Shown: one piece after another, positions 1 to 9,859 of the stretch
How positions within the stretch are numbered: position 1 is the first letter of the stretch
Layout of the letters: every line of letters begins with the position of its first letter
From: a virus
IMG/VR virus record: IMGVR_UViG_3300045988_177920
Location: 1-64,000 of that record
Length of the DNA stretch: 64,000 nucleotides
Strand: one strand, 5' to 3'
Position numbers and translations under genes: made by a program
The notes under the pieces: model-generated
Seen by the model: the letters and a program-made list of their open reading frames with translations, nothing else
What the model was told of the DNA's origin: nothing
The model's database searches: none

Positions 1-746
1 AAGATATAGTATATTCAAAGAATGCCCCAAAGGAACATAATGTTTTATGGATAAAGGCTGGCAAATATAACCCACAGGATTAGCCCGACCCTGAAACATA
101 GGATCAGGGGGAATATCCTGGAAGTAGAATGTATCAATTTGTTGATGGACATTGGATATCTGTAAATAATCGTACCAATATAGAGAATGAGATACCATCA
201 ATTAGAGAGGATTTAACTACTCATGAAGAGGCAATAAATGATTTAACAGAAACTACAACAACTATTGATGGAAAAATAACTGCACTTCAAAATTCAGTTA
301 CACAATCTAGAGGTATAGAGCAATAGTTGGCAATGCCAGTAATTTTTGTTAGTGGACTTCATACTTTATCTATGGATACTCAAAATATTACTGTTACTAC
401 TCCTATTATGCCTGTTCCTGTTACTGGCATGAATAATAAAGATGAAGCTATAGGCAATGCTATTTATTATAAGCATGTTCCTTATATTATTTTAACAAAT
501 TCAGCAAATGGTGCAAATAATGAGACAGGCATTCCTTGTAAATTAGACCCTGTTTCTACAAACTTTGCATTTAAAACTAATTATAGTGTAGCATTAAAAC
601 CTACGTATATTACAGAAACTGCTATTGATATAAATGGTGGTAGTGCAGAACCAGCTCTTAAAAAAATTAAAGTAGAATTTGATAGTATTAATGAAATTGA
701 AGCAAATACTAGTATAAATCATATAAAAGTATCATTAATAGATTAA
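1..746 (+). CDS. tail fibre-like protein, 5' end outside window (translate TAG=Gln)
   Basis: The frame is open from the window edge to TAA 744-746. In-frame TAG at 81-83, 99-101 and 324-326 fuse track ORFs 129..326 and 327..746. DIVYSKNAPKEHNVLWIKAG parallels the N-terminus of the next gene. There is a coiled-coil-like stretch TTHEEAINDLTETTTTIDGKITALQNSV. Confidence 0.6.
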
Positions 747-748
747 TT

Positions 749-1465
749 ATGATAAAATACGAAAATATTATATACTCTGCTAATCCTCCTAAACAAACAA
801 ATGTTTTATGGATAAAAGCAGGAAATAGAAAAGTGAAAGATGGCCAAGATAAGGATTCTGTAGAAATATTTCCTGAAAACCAAATAATATATCAATTCAT
901 AAATGGTAAATGGCAGGCCTTAGGAGATATTGACGAATTAACATATATTGTGTCAACTTTAAGAACAGAAGTAAACGCTCTTAATGATAACAGTGTTACT
1001 AAAAGAGAGTGCGGTAATTACGCCTCCAAATATGATCAGTTGACAATGCCTGTATTTTTAGCTAACATCAGAAATTTATTTAAAGATATGCGAGTTGGTA
1101 GTTCTAAAACTATAGAGGTACCTATGGTTGGAAGTGGAGCTGCTCCATATTATTGGGCTGATGAAAAAGAATATAATGGGTATGGTATTTATTTTAATAG
1201 TGCCCCTTATATAGGAATACAAGACTATTATACAGATCCTACAGTAATATGGTGTAAGCATGAAGTGGGTGATGTACTTACTTTTGATAGAGAGCGTATT
1301 TATAAAAGTGATGTTATTACTGCAAGTTGGAAAAATGCATAGGGGGTTGCAACTGCAGGAACAAAAGCATATCTACAAGTAACTATTCCTAAATGGAGTG
1401 ATTCTAGTAGTCTTAGTGCTGAAGGAATGAGAAAAATAAAATTACAATTAATAGCTGCAGAATAA
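749..1465 (+). CDS. tail fibre-like protein, paralog of the preceding gene at its N-terminus
   Basis: ATG 749; one in-frame TAG at 1340-1342; TAA 1463-1465. The N-terminus MIKYENIIYSANPPKQTNVLWIKAG...IYQFINGKW repeats the motif seen at 3-170. Confidence 0.6.
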
Positions 1466-3021
1466 TGTTTTTTGGAAGATTAGAGTTAGAGAAGATAGAG
1501 AAGTGGTTAAATTCTAAAGGAATTAAAGATTTGGAATTTGACTTAAAAACCTCTATTAAAGATGGTGATTCTATAGTTATTGTATAGAATGGTAAAAACG
1601 TACGAGTTACTCTTAGTACTATAAAAGGAAATATATTTACAAGTTCTGAATTTAAATCATTAGAAACAAGGATCTCTGATAATAAAAAGGCTATTCAGGA
1701 TTTAACTCTTCGTACTTCACTTAATGACAATAAAATAGCTACTTTAAATAATAACATTAATACTCTAGATTCTAAAGTTCAAGAATATATTGATAAAATT
1801 AATGCAGTAGACTAGCTTGAAGGTGATATAAAGTACTTTAATAAAGTAGATGCTAGTAGACAAACTTCTGTATGGAGTCCTTCTTGGGAATATGTAGTAG
1901 GTGCTGACTAGTATTATGATAAACATTATTTGTATAGGCTAGAAAGGCAAGAAAAAATAGATGCATATAAAATAGTAGGATATAGAGATGTTGTATATAA
2001 AATATATGAAGACACTACCTAGGAAACTGTATATGTAAAAGAAGTTGCTAATGCAGATGCAAGTATGTTTGGGGATTGTGTATGTGTTAACTACACTGAT
2101 AAAGATTTTAATGAAATATTAGTATCATTGAAATTCACTAATGATAATACAACTACATTATATAAATCATTAGATGAAGGTAAAACCTGGACATCAAAAA
2201 CTTTAGATTTGGTTATAAATGGAATGCATGTTATTCCTACTAATAAAGTGTTTGACGTTAATGGATTTTTTTACTTTATGGCATATGCTAGAAATAGATT
2301 AAAATTTTCTGCAGATGGTTGTTGGCGATCTATATATTTAGTACACACGGCTGATTTTGAAACATTTGATGGAGTTAAAATTGCTGATTTCTCAGGAGTG
2401 CCTTGGGATTCATCTGTAACCCCTACATTTATGCATGGTAACACTACTTTAGTTTCTGAACCTGATTTTATAATAACTGAAGAAGGATATATTTTCTATG
2501 TAATAAGGGCTGTAGGAGATGTCGGAAATGCTTATAATAAATTATTTTGGTTAGGATTTGGAGGCAATGTTGCCGCTCCTTTAGAAAGTGTAATCACAAA
2601 TGGAATTGACGGAACTCCCGATCAAGGATTAATACCTATTAAGGTAAATACAGCAGGGGGGCATTTAAAGGGAGCTTTACCAAGAATAACATATGTTAAA
2701 AATTATTTATCAGATGAGCAATAGATAAAACTAGTTTGTTGTTATTATAACAGATGTTTAGAAAATGGCTCTGAAGATGGTTCTATATATTTAGGTTCAA
2801 TAGATTTTGATCTTGATGATATAGATATAAGCACATTTAGAGAAAAAGCATCTAATATAACATTTAAAAAGATAGCACAAGGAACACCAACAGGAAAAAG
2901 TAATAGTCCGTTAGGGGGCAACGGAAGTATGATTACTCATAAAGATAACATTATTATTGTAGAGCCCAATGTGTATAATAAAACGCTTCATCAAATAATG
3001 TATATAAAAAATAAGTTATGA
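1465..3021 (+). CDS. tail fibre / receptor-binding protein with a BNR (Asp-box)-like motif, 518 aa
   Basis: ATG 1465 overlaps the previous stop (TAATG). I found no TAA/TGA in frame until TGA 3019-3021. In-frame TAG at 1585, 1813, 1909, 2020 and 2722. The Asp-box-like SLDEGKTW lies at about 2167-2190. Confidence 0.6.
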
Positions 3022-3404
3022 AATATTTATTATTAGTTATTTTAGTTTTTCTTGTTGCTTGTAGTTCTACTAAAATAATAGAAAAAGAAGTTCCTATAGA
3101 AAAAGTAAAAACAGAATATATAAATACATTAAAAATAGACAGTGTCTATATTCATGATAGTATAGATAGATTTGTAAATGGAGATACTTTATATTTATAT
3201 AAATACAAATATATTTATAAGTATTTAAATCATATAGACACTGTAATACAAAAAGACTCTATTGAAACTCCTGTATACATAACAAAAACAGAAATAAAAG
3301 AAGTTAATAAACTTAAATGGTATCAAAAATTACTAATGTGGTTAGGTGCTGCATTTGTAATAGGAGGTATCGCAATAACATGGTATAAACTAAAAAAATC
3401 TTAA
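3018..3404 (+). CDS. lipoprotein with C-terminal TM helix; spanin candidate (unimolecular-spanin topology)
   Basis: MKYLLLVILVFLVAC is a signal peptide with a lipobox-like LVAC. The C-terminal hydrophobic helix is LLMWLGAAFVIGGIAITWY. The gene sits at the head of a lysis-type cassette. Confidence 0.5.
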   Translation: MKYLLLVILVFLVACSSTKIIEKEVPIEKVKTEYINTLKIDSVYIHDSIDRFVNGDTLYLYKYKYIYKYLNHIDTVIQKDSIETPVYITKTEIKEVNKLKWYQKLLMWLGAAFVIGGIAITWYKLKKS

Positions 3405-3408
3405 TCCA

Positions 3409-3765
3409 ATGACTGAAATTCTTATAGCAGTAATTGGAGTAGTATCTACAACTGCAGGAAGTTGGCTATCATGGTTTTTAGCAAGAAAGAAATATAATAG
3501 TGAAGTAGATAATAATGTAATAAGTAATATGGAAGCCTCTCTAGAGTTTTATTAGAAATTAAGTACAGACAATAAAGAAAGATTGGATTCTGCATTATAG
3601 GAAAATAAAGAATTACGTGTTGAAATTGCGTCTTTACAAGAAGATAATATAAACTTAAGAAAGGAAATAGAAGATTTAAAATCTGCAGTAATATAGTTAA
3701 CTACTCAAATATGTACTGATTTAACCTGTTAGCTTAGAGTTATGAGCTAGCCTAAAAAAAAATGA
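3409..3765 (+). CDS. N-terminal TM plus coiled-coil protein (i-spanin-like or lysis regulator)
   Basis: ATG 3409, TGA 3763-3765, five in-frame TAG. The TM helix is ILIAVIGVVSTTAGSWLSWFL, followed by the heptad-rich ENKELRVEIASLQEDNINLRKEIEDLKSAV. Confidence 0.5.
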
Positions 3766-3843
3766 TAAAAATGAAAAAGACAAAAACAAAAACAAGACGG
3801 TCTAAACCGTCAACTCCTAAGGCAGGACTAAAAAAAGGAAAGT

Positions 3844-4122
3844 GTGCTAAAGGATGAAAACTTAAGTAAGATTTTGTATAAAGTGTTGTTGAAATTACTA
3901 AAGCTAATTCCAATATTGGGAGCTATATGTTATTTCTTCAACACTTTATTTACTTATTTTGAAATAAATACTCGTGTTCTTGGTTATTTAGGAGGAATGT
4001 CATTACTCCCCTGGATTTTTATATATATATCAGAAATTGTATTTAAGTTTTGTGTTCATCATAAAATATTCCTATGGTATATATTTATTATAGAAACCTT
4101 AAATTTAATAGACAATATTTAA
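3844..4122 (+). CDS. holin candidate (three predicted TM segments)
   Basis: Track ORF with a GTG start. Hydrophobic segments are IPILGAICYFFNTLFTYF, GMSLLPWIFIYISEIVF and IFLWYIFIIETL. It lies just upstream of the amidase. Confidence 0.45.
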   Translation: MLKDENLSKILYKVLLKLLKLIPILGAICYFFNTLFTYFEINTRVLGYLGGMSLLPWIFIYISEIVFKFCVHHKIFLWYIFIIETLNLIDNI

Positions 4123-4262
4123 ATATAAGTAGGGCTACTTTTTATAATTATATTAAACAAGGTAAACTCCAAAAAGGTATGAAGCAGCAGGGGTTTAAAG
4201 AATTATTTTGGTATAAAAAAGATTTAGATTTATATATAAATTCATATGAGGATAATAAATGA
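4074..4262 (+). CDS. small excisionase/AlpA-like helix-turn-helix protein
   Basis: LNISRATFYNYIKQGKLQKG...WYKKDLDLYI resembles the HTH_17 / Xis pattern. It overlaps the holin 3' end and the amidase 5' end. Confidence 0.4.
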   Translation: MVYIYYRNLKFNRQYLNISRATFYNYIKQGKLQKGMKQQGFKELFWYKKDLDLYINSYEDNK

Positions 4263-4656
4263 AATTATAATACATTGCTCTGCAACACCTGAAGGAAAAG
4301 ATTATACTGTAGAGCAAATTAAATAGTGGCATAAACAAAGAGGTTTTAGTGATATAGGATATCATTATGTTATTTATAGGGACGGCTCTATACATTCTGG
4401 AAGACCTATAGAAAGAATAGGAGCCCATTGTCTAAAGCATAATGCTCATTCTATAGGAGTATGTTATATAGGTGGTGTAGCGAAAGACGGCAAAACACCC
4501 AAAGACACTCGCACTGATGCCCAAAAAGAATCTTTAATAAAACTTATAAAAGAACTTAAAGCAAAATATCCTAAGGCCACTGTACACGGTCACAGGGAAT
4601 ATGCTAATAAAGCATGTCCATGTTTTGATGCAAAAAATGAATATAAGAATTTATGA
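4246..4656 (+). CDS. N-acetylmuramoyl-L-alanine amidase (T7-lysozyme / PGRP type endolysin)
   Basis: ATG 4246, one in-frame TAG at 4324-4326, TGA 4654-4656. Motifs IIIHCSAT, GYHYVI, VHGHREY and KACPCF match the Amidase_2 zinc-ligand pattern. Confidence 0.75.
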
Positions 4657-4751
4657 ATACAATACTAAAGGCAATATTCTATAATACAGAGTATTGCTTT
4701 GTTGAACAAGAGATGTTTGAAAATGCTCTTGAATCTATCGTTGAGCTTTAA
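4653..4751 (+). CDS. small ORF (32 aa), unknown function
   Basis: Its ATG overlaps the amidase TGA (ATGA). It ends at TAA 4749-4751, just before the hairpin at 4760. Confidence 0.25.
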   Translation: MNTILKAIFYNTEYCFVEQEMFENALESIVEL

Positions 4752-4759
4752 TATATTAG

Positions 4760-4795
4760 GTAGGGAAGATAACTTCCCTACATAATATTTTTGTT
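4760..4795 (+). terminator. intrinsic terminator candidate
   Basis: Perfect 9-bp stem gtagggaag / cttccctac with an ataa loop (4760-4781), followed by ataatattttt. Confidence 0.6.
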
Positions 4796-4848
4796 AATAC
4801 AACTATAAGTGATTTATTAATTAATAGTTAATATATGATAAATTATAG

Positions 4849-4856
4849 TAATTTTG
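4849..4856 (+). promoter_or_regulatory. Bacteroidota-type -7 promoter element (TAnnTTTG)
   Basis: taattttg lies 30 nt upstream of ATG 4887 in an AT-rich intergenic region. Confidence 0.35.
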
Positions 4857-4886
4857 TATTGATTAAACTAGATAAAAGGAGAATAA

Positions 4887-6026
4887 ATGGAAGGTTTATC
4901 ATTTGATAATATTTATACAGGTTCTGAAATAGAAAACCTGTTTAATGAAGATATACAGGAGGACTCTACAGAAACTGTAGAAGATACTCCTGAAAAAGAC
5001 GAAGAAAAGAAAGAAGATACTACCGAGGTTAATCCTAATACTTTATTTGAGGATTCGCCAGAGAGCGTAAGTAGTGAAGAAGATATAGTTAAGGAACAGG
5101 AAAGTACCTCATCTGAAAAAGGCACTTCTCCTAAATTTTATTCTTCCATTGCTAAAGCTTTTGCAGATGATGGTATTTTCCCTGACCTTAATGAAGAAGA
5201 TATTTCTAAAATAGAAACTTCTGAAGATTTTAGAACTCTTATTGAAAGTAAAATTTCCTCTGAATTAGATGATAGATATAAAAGAATTGATAAAGCTTTG
5301 GGTATTGGAGTAGAGCCTGACATTATTAAATAGTATGAAGGCGCGTTAAATTATTTAGAAAGCATTCAACAATCATCTATAGAAGATGAAAATGAGCAAG
5401 GAGAAGAACTTAGAAAAAAGCTTATATATCAAGATTTTATAAATAGAGGATATTCCCAAGAAAGGGCTCAAAAAGAAGTAGATAAATCTATTAAAGGTGG
5501 TACTGATATAGAAGATGCTAAAGAGGCTCTTTAGGGTAATAAAGATTTTTATAAAACTGCTTATGATAAAGTCTTAAAAGACGCAGAGGAAGCCGCTGAA
5601 AAATCTAAAAAAGAACAAAAAGAACAGATAGACACACTGAAAAAATCTATACTTGAAGATAAGAAGTTTTTTGGAGATTTAGATATAGATAGATCTACAA
5701 GACAAAGGGTTTTGGATAACATAATGAAGCCTGTGTATAAAGATAAAAACACTGGAGAACTTTATACAGCAATTCAACAATATGAAATGGAGAATAAAAT
5801 AGACTTCATTAAGAATCTTGGACTTATTTTTACATTAACAAATGGGTTTAAAGATTTAAGTGGTTTTATTAAAGGTAAAGTAAGAAAAGAAGTTAAAAGA
5901 GGTATTAGTGAACTTGAGAACGTTCTTAATAATACTCAAAGAACTTCTGATGGAAACCTTAATTTTATGGGTGGAGGTAAAGATCCTGAATCCTTTATAG
6001 GAAAAGGTTGGACTTTAGACGTTTAA
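4887..6026 (+). CDS. acidic coiled-coil protein upstream of MCP (scaffold-like), 379 aa
   Basis: ATG 4887; in-frame TAG at 5331 and 5532 fuse track ORFs 4887..5333 and 5712..6026; TAA 6024-6026. It has an acidic, Ser-rich N-terminus. The scaffold call rests on position and composition only. Confidence 0.55.
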
Positions 6027-6047
6027 AATTTTTAATATATATAATTT

Positions 6048-9000
6048 ATGGCTGGTAAATTAGGTAAATTCCAAATGGTTGGATTCCAACATTGGAAGGG
6101 TTTAACTAAAGAGAACCATCTTGGTTCTATTTTTGGTCTTGCTCCCCAAAAGGCATCTAACCTTATGGTACAGCTTTTAGCTTGGTATAGAGGTAAAACA
6201 CTTGATACATTTCTTTCGTAGTTTCCTGTAAAAGAGTTCGATAAACAATTGTCGCGTAGTATAGTAATATACTAATGAAAAGACTTTAAATTGCTGGAAC
6301 GCCTTTAGAGGCACTCTGGCTTTTCTAAATAATTATTATTTCAGCAAAATGTTTAGGCTATGAATAATGAAAAATTTTATGATATAAAAAACTATGAAGG
6401 ATATAAAATTACTAAATCAGGTAAGATATATTCTTTAAAAACAAATAGATTTTTGAAATTTGATTACTCTACAGAGTATCCTAGAGTAAGACTTTATAAT
6501 AAGGCAAAACAAGATTTTGATACTTTGCTAGTGCACAGACTTGTAGCTATACAATTTATACCAAATCCAAGAAATTTGCCTTATATAAATCACAAAGACT
6601 GTAATAAGAAAAACCCTTCTATGTATAACTTAGAATGGTGTACTGCACAGTATAATACAAATTATGCTTATCAACATGGACAAATGGGTACAGAAGAAAG
6701 TAATCCAAATTCAAAATTAACTCAAGAAGAAGTTTATAATATATATAAACTAAATGAACAAGATGGAAAGTCTTATAAAGAAATAGCAAATATTTATAAT
6801 ATAAGTGCTAATACTGTTTCTGACATAGTTAGAGGAAAAAGGTGGACTAAAACTTATAAAGAATATCATGGGGTGGAAACCCCTTATATAAGAGTTCCCA
6901 AAATCTATATATCAGATGAAGAAGCAGATTTCTATATAAGGCAATATTGGATACAAGGTAAAACAACAACTCAACTAGAAGGGAAATTCAGCCAATCCAC
7001 AATAGAAAGAGTTGTTTTTGGTAAGTTAAAAAAAGACAGATTTGAATTATTTAGAAAAGAAATACAGAGAGCATTAGGTAATCAGCAGCCAAATCCTAAC
7101 ATTTAAGGAGAGGTTCAACGACTATAATAAGTCTATCCTAAGGGATAATGGTATAGTCTGAACTTTATAGAGATATAAAGATTAACAAAATTGGATGACA
7201 GTGAATATACGTGGGATGTAATTGGTTCCTCTAGAAGAAATATCCCTCTTGTATGTGCAAGAGATGAGGATGGTGCAGTAGTAACTGCAGGCAGTGCAAA
7301 AATGGTAGGTGCTCATACAGCTCCCTTTGAATTAGTCTTTGCAGAAGACTGGTTTGCCGATGGTGAAGTATTCGCCATCTAAGTATAGTAATATACTTAA
7401 AGAAAATTGAGCAAAATCGGTGAAGCCCGCCACAGCTATGGGTAATACCGAGTTAACTTTAATGTAAAATATTAAAGTAATGTAGAGGGTAGAAATTGAA
7501 ACTACAAATGGTGTTATTTACAAAATAACGTGTCTCTTAGAAAAACAAGAACATATAAATTAACTCAAGAACAAAGAAAACAAATAATACAAGAAATATA
7601 CCAAGGGTATTCAAGAAAAGACATTATTAACAAATGGGGGATAAGTAAAAGTTATTTATGTTAGTTAATAAAAGGCCAACGTAGAATATAATATTTCCAC
7701 GAGTGCTCAACTCCTGAAAAGGATGAAAATTTACCCCGAACTATTACGATGGTAAAGTAATAGAACTATAGGATAAAAAGCCTATAGGATAACATTTGGA
7801 ATACATTGTAGGTGAGCTTAATGAACTCTATCAATTCCGTATTTTAGGTGACCCCAAGAGTGAGGGAACTAATTTTGTATACACTGTAGAACTTGCTGGT
7901 GGTAATACTGCAGGTGTTCCGCCTGAAAGACTTCTCAGTGGTGAAAGATTCTCTATTGAAGCAGCCTTTGTAGAGAAGGAACTTAGTAGAAAAGTGGGTG
8001 ATATAAGATTCACAAGTCCTGTATCTATGCGTAATGAATGGTCTACCATTAGAATACAGCATAAGGTACCTGGTTCAATGCTTAATAAGAAAATTGCTTG
8101 TGGTATTCCTGTAGCAAAAGAAACCCCAAATGGCTATAAGAAAGATGTAGTTAATAAGTGGATGTTCTATGTAGATTGGCAATTAGAACAGCAATTCTCA
8201 GAATACAAGAATAATGCACTTGCATTTGGCAGAAGCAATAGAACTTAGAATGGTGAATATATGAATATAGGCAAATCAGGCAATGCAATTACGACTGGAG
8301 CTGGCCTTTTTGAATAGATGGAGGTATCCAATACTATTTATTACAATAACTTCACTCTCAAATTGCTTGAAGATGCTTTATATCAATTATCTGCTGCTAA
8401 GTTAGACTTTGGTGAGAGAACTTTTATTATAAAGACTGGTGAAAAAGGTGCAATAGCATTCCATAAAGCAGTTCTTGATACTATATCGGGATGGACCACA
8501 TTTACATTAAATGGTGATCAACTCGGAATTGTACAAAAGACTCAAAACAAATTGCATAGCAATGCTTTAAGTGCCGGATATCAGTTTGTAGAATACCTTG
8601 CTCCTAATGGCGTAAGAGTAAAAATTGATGTAGATCCGTGGTATGATGATCCTGTAAGAAATAAGATACAACATCCTAATGGCGGTCCTGCTATGTCGTA
8701 TAGATTTGACATTATGGATATTGGCTCTATGGATTAGCCTAATATCTTTAAGTGTCAAATAAAGGGGCAGCCTGAATATAGAGGATATCAGTGGGGATTA
8801 GCGGCGTAAGCCTTTACACATTTCTCAGTTCCCAATCCACGACCTAGAAACAGAAGAGGTGGATAAAGAAAAACAAGGTTAATTGCTGGAAGTTCCTTAG
8901 AGCTTTCACTGCTTTTTAAACTTCAAACATTTTAATATGGAAGTTAAAGAATTATGGAAACCCTTAGAAGAATATAAGGGTATTGAAATTAGCTCAATTG

Positions 9001-9785
9001 GCAGAGTAAGAAAAGCTGCTAATAAGAGAAGAAAAGAGAGAATATTGACAGAGTTCCCAAAAGATAGAGATGGTTATTACAGGTGCTCGGTTCAAAGACT
9101 TGATGGAACATGGACCTCACAACCAGTTCATAGATTGGTTGCTAAAGCATTTATAAGTAATGTTGATAACAAAACAGTAGTCAATCATATTGATGGGAAT
9201 AGAACAAACAACAGAGTTGAAAATTTAGAGTGGGTAACTCCTAGAGAGAATGTAGTCCATTCCTTTAAATATGGAGCCAGGAAAGTTTGCAAAGATATTC
9301 CTAAGAAAGTGCTACTTACAGATTTTCAAATATCTCAGATAGACACTCTCAGGACTCTGTATACTGTGAATCAAATAGCAAAGATATTCAATATAGAATA
9401 TCAATCTCTTAAGAACATAATTCATAAAAAGAAACAATGTGAAAGATTGGATAATCAGCAGCCAAGCAATTATAATTCAATTTATAATTGAAGGTTCAAC
9501 GACTATCCCATTTGGGAGTAGGCTTCAAGTGAAGCCGAAATGCCTTGCTCAGTTATATAACTGATGAAGATATAGTCTGACCTCTATAGAAATATAGAGA
9601 TTATACATGGAAACGATGTATAAGTAACATTAAATGTGAGAAATCCTTTCACAGGTGCTATTGGTAATCAATACATGAGCTTTGATGAAGATGCTGCTGT
9701 ATTCCACAGAATGGCAACATTTGGCATTTGTGTTTTGGATCCTACTAGAACAATGTCGTTAATACCTGCTTGCTTACAGGGTTAA
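6048..9785 (+). CDS. major capsid protein, four exons: 6048..6242, 7194..7364, 7799..8798, 9637..9785 (504 aa)
   Basis: The exon translations [19 protein letters not shown]..., [19 protein letters not shown]..., [18 protein letters not shown]...[20 protein letters not shown]...[16 protein letters not shown]...MDQPNIFKC and RNPFTG...[31 protein letters not shown] match my recollection of the prototype crAssphage MCP. These junctions preserve the alignment length. Each exon ends in T and each intron ends in G. Confidence 0.85.
6243..7193 (+). mobile_element. group I intron 1 in MCP (carries an HNH endonuclease ORF)
   Basis: Conserved core-like elements are present: aaattgctggaac (P-like), aatcagcagcc (Q-like), ggttcaacgactat (R-like) and ggtatagtctga (S-like). 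gtcg at 6252-6255 can pair with the exon end cgaT. Confidence 0.7.
6360..7106 (+). CDS. HNH homing endonuclease (NUMOD4-like N-terminus, HNH_3 core, C-terminal HTH)
   Basis: [34 protein letters not shown] and [25 protein letters not shown]. There is no in-frame TAG. The C-terminal NQQPNPNI is encoded by the intron Q-like element. Confidence 0.75.
   Translation: MNNEKFYDIKNYEGYKITKSGKIYSLKTNRFLKFDYSTEYPRVRLYNKAKQDFDTLLVHRLVAIQFIPNPRNLPYINHKDCNKKNPSMYNLEWCTAQYNTNYAYQHGQMGTEESNPNSKLTQEEVYNIYKLNEQDGKSYKEIANIYNISANTVSDIVRGKRWTKTYKEYHGVETPYIRVPKIYISDEEADFYIRQYWIQGKTTTQLEGKFSQSTIERVVFGKLKKDRFELFRKEIQRALGNQQPNPNI
7365..7798 (+). mobile_element. group I-like intron 2 in MCP (no intact ORF)
   Basis: gccatc at 7374-7379 is an exact internal guide for the exon end gatggT, with a U-G wobble. 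The intron ends in G at 7798. It shares the hairpin agtatagtaatatact with intron 1. The core differs from introns 1 and 3. Confidence 0.6.
7480..7691 (+). pseudogene. decayed homing endonuclease remnant (GIY-YIG-like start, then an HTH tail in another frame)
   Basis: ATG 7480 is followed immediately by TAG, then [25 protein letters not shown] and a stop. In a second frame, [48 protein letters not shown] ends at TAA 7689-7691. Confidence 0.4.
8799..9636 (+). mobile_element. group I intron 3 in MCP (carries an HNH endonuclease ORF)
   Basis: aattgctggaag (P-like), ataatcagcagcc (Q-like), ggttcaacgactat (R-like), gaagatatagtctga (S-like). The spliced junction gives QWG-L-RNPFTG. Confidence 0.7.
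8937..9491 (+). CDS. HNH homing endonuclease (NUMOD4-like, HNH_3, HTH)
   Basis: [45 protein letters not shown] and [20 protein letters not shown]. There is no in-frame TAG. The C-terminal DNQQPSN is encoded by the Q-like element. Confidence 0.75.
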   Translation: MEVKELWKPLEEYKGIEISSIGRVRKAANKRRKERILTEFPKDRDGYYRCSVQRLDGTWTSQPVHRLVAKAFISNVDNKTVVNHIDGNRTNNRVENLEWVTPRENVVHSFKYGARKVCKDIPKKVLLTDFQISQIDTLRTLYTVNQIAKIFNIEYQSLKNIIHKKKQCERLDNQQPSNYNSIYN

Positions 9786-9802
9786 TAAACAATTATATTA
9801 TT

Positions 9803-9830
9803 ATAGGTTAGGAGGAAACTCCTAACCTAT
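9803..9830 (+). terminator. hairpin after MCP (terminator or RNA-stabilising stem)
   Basis: Perfect 12-bp stem ataggttaggag / ctcctaacctat with a gaaa tetraloop, 18 nt after the MCP stop. Confidence 0.55.
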
Positions 9831-9859
9831 ATATAATATAAAACACAATATAAAAGTTT

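Noticed and set aside
3019-3021. Possibility that TGA is also reassigned, as in some crAss-like lineages that read TGA as Trp.
   Set aside because: TGA occurs at sensible gene ends (3021, 3765, 4656, 13484, 39735 and many early genes), often overlapping the next start codon. I found none inside the long joined frames.
7100-7125. ggttcaacgact strings (also at 9490-9505 and, on the minus strand, near 57430) resemble a tRNA T-arm, raising hope of a suppressor tRNA.
   Set aside because: They sit with matching aatcagcag and tatagtct strings in the order expected for the group I intron R/Q/S elements. No acceptor or anticodon arms can be drawn around them.
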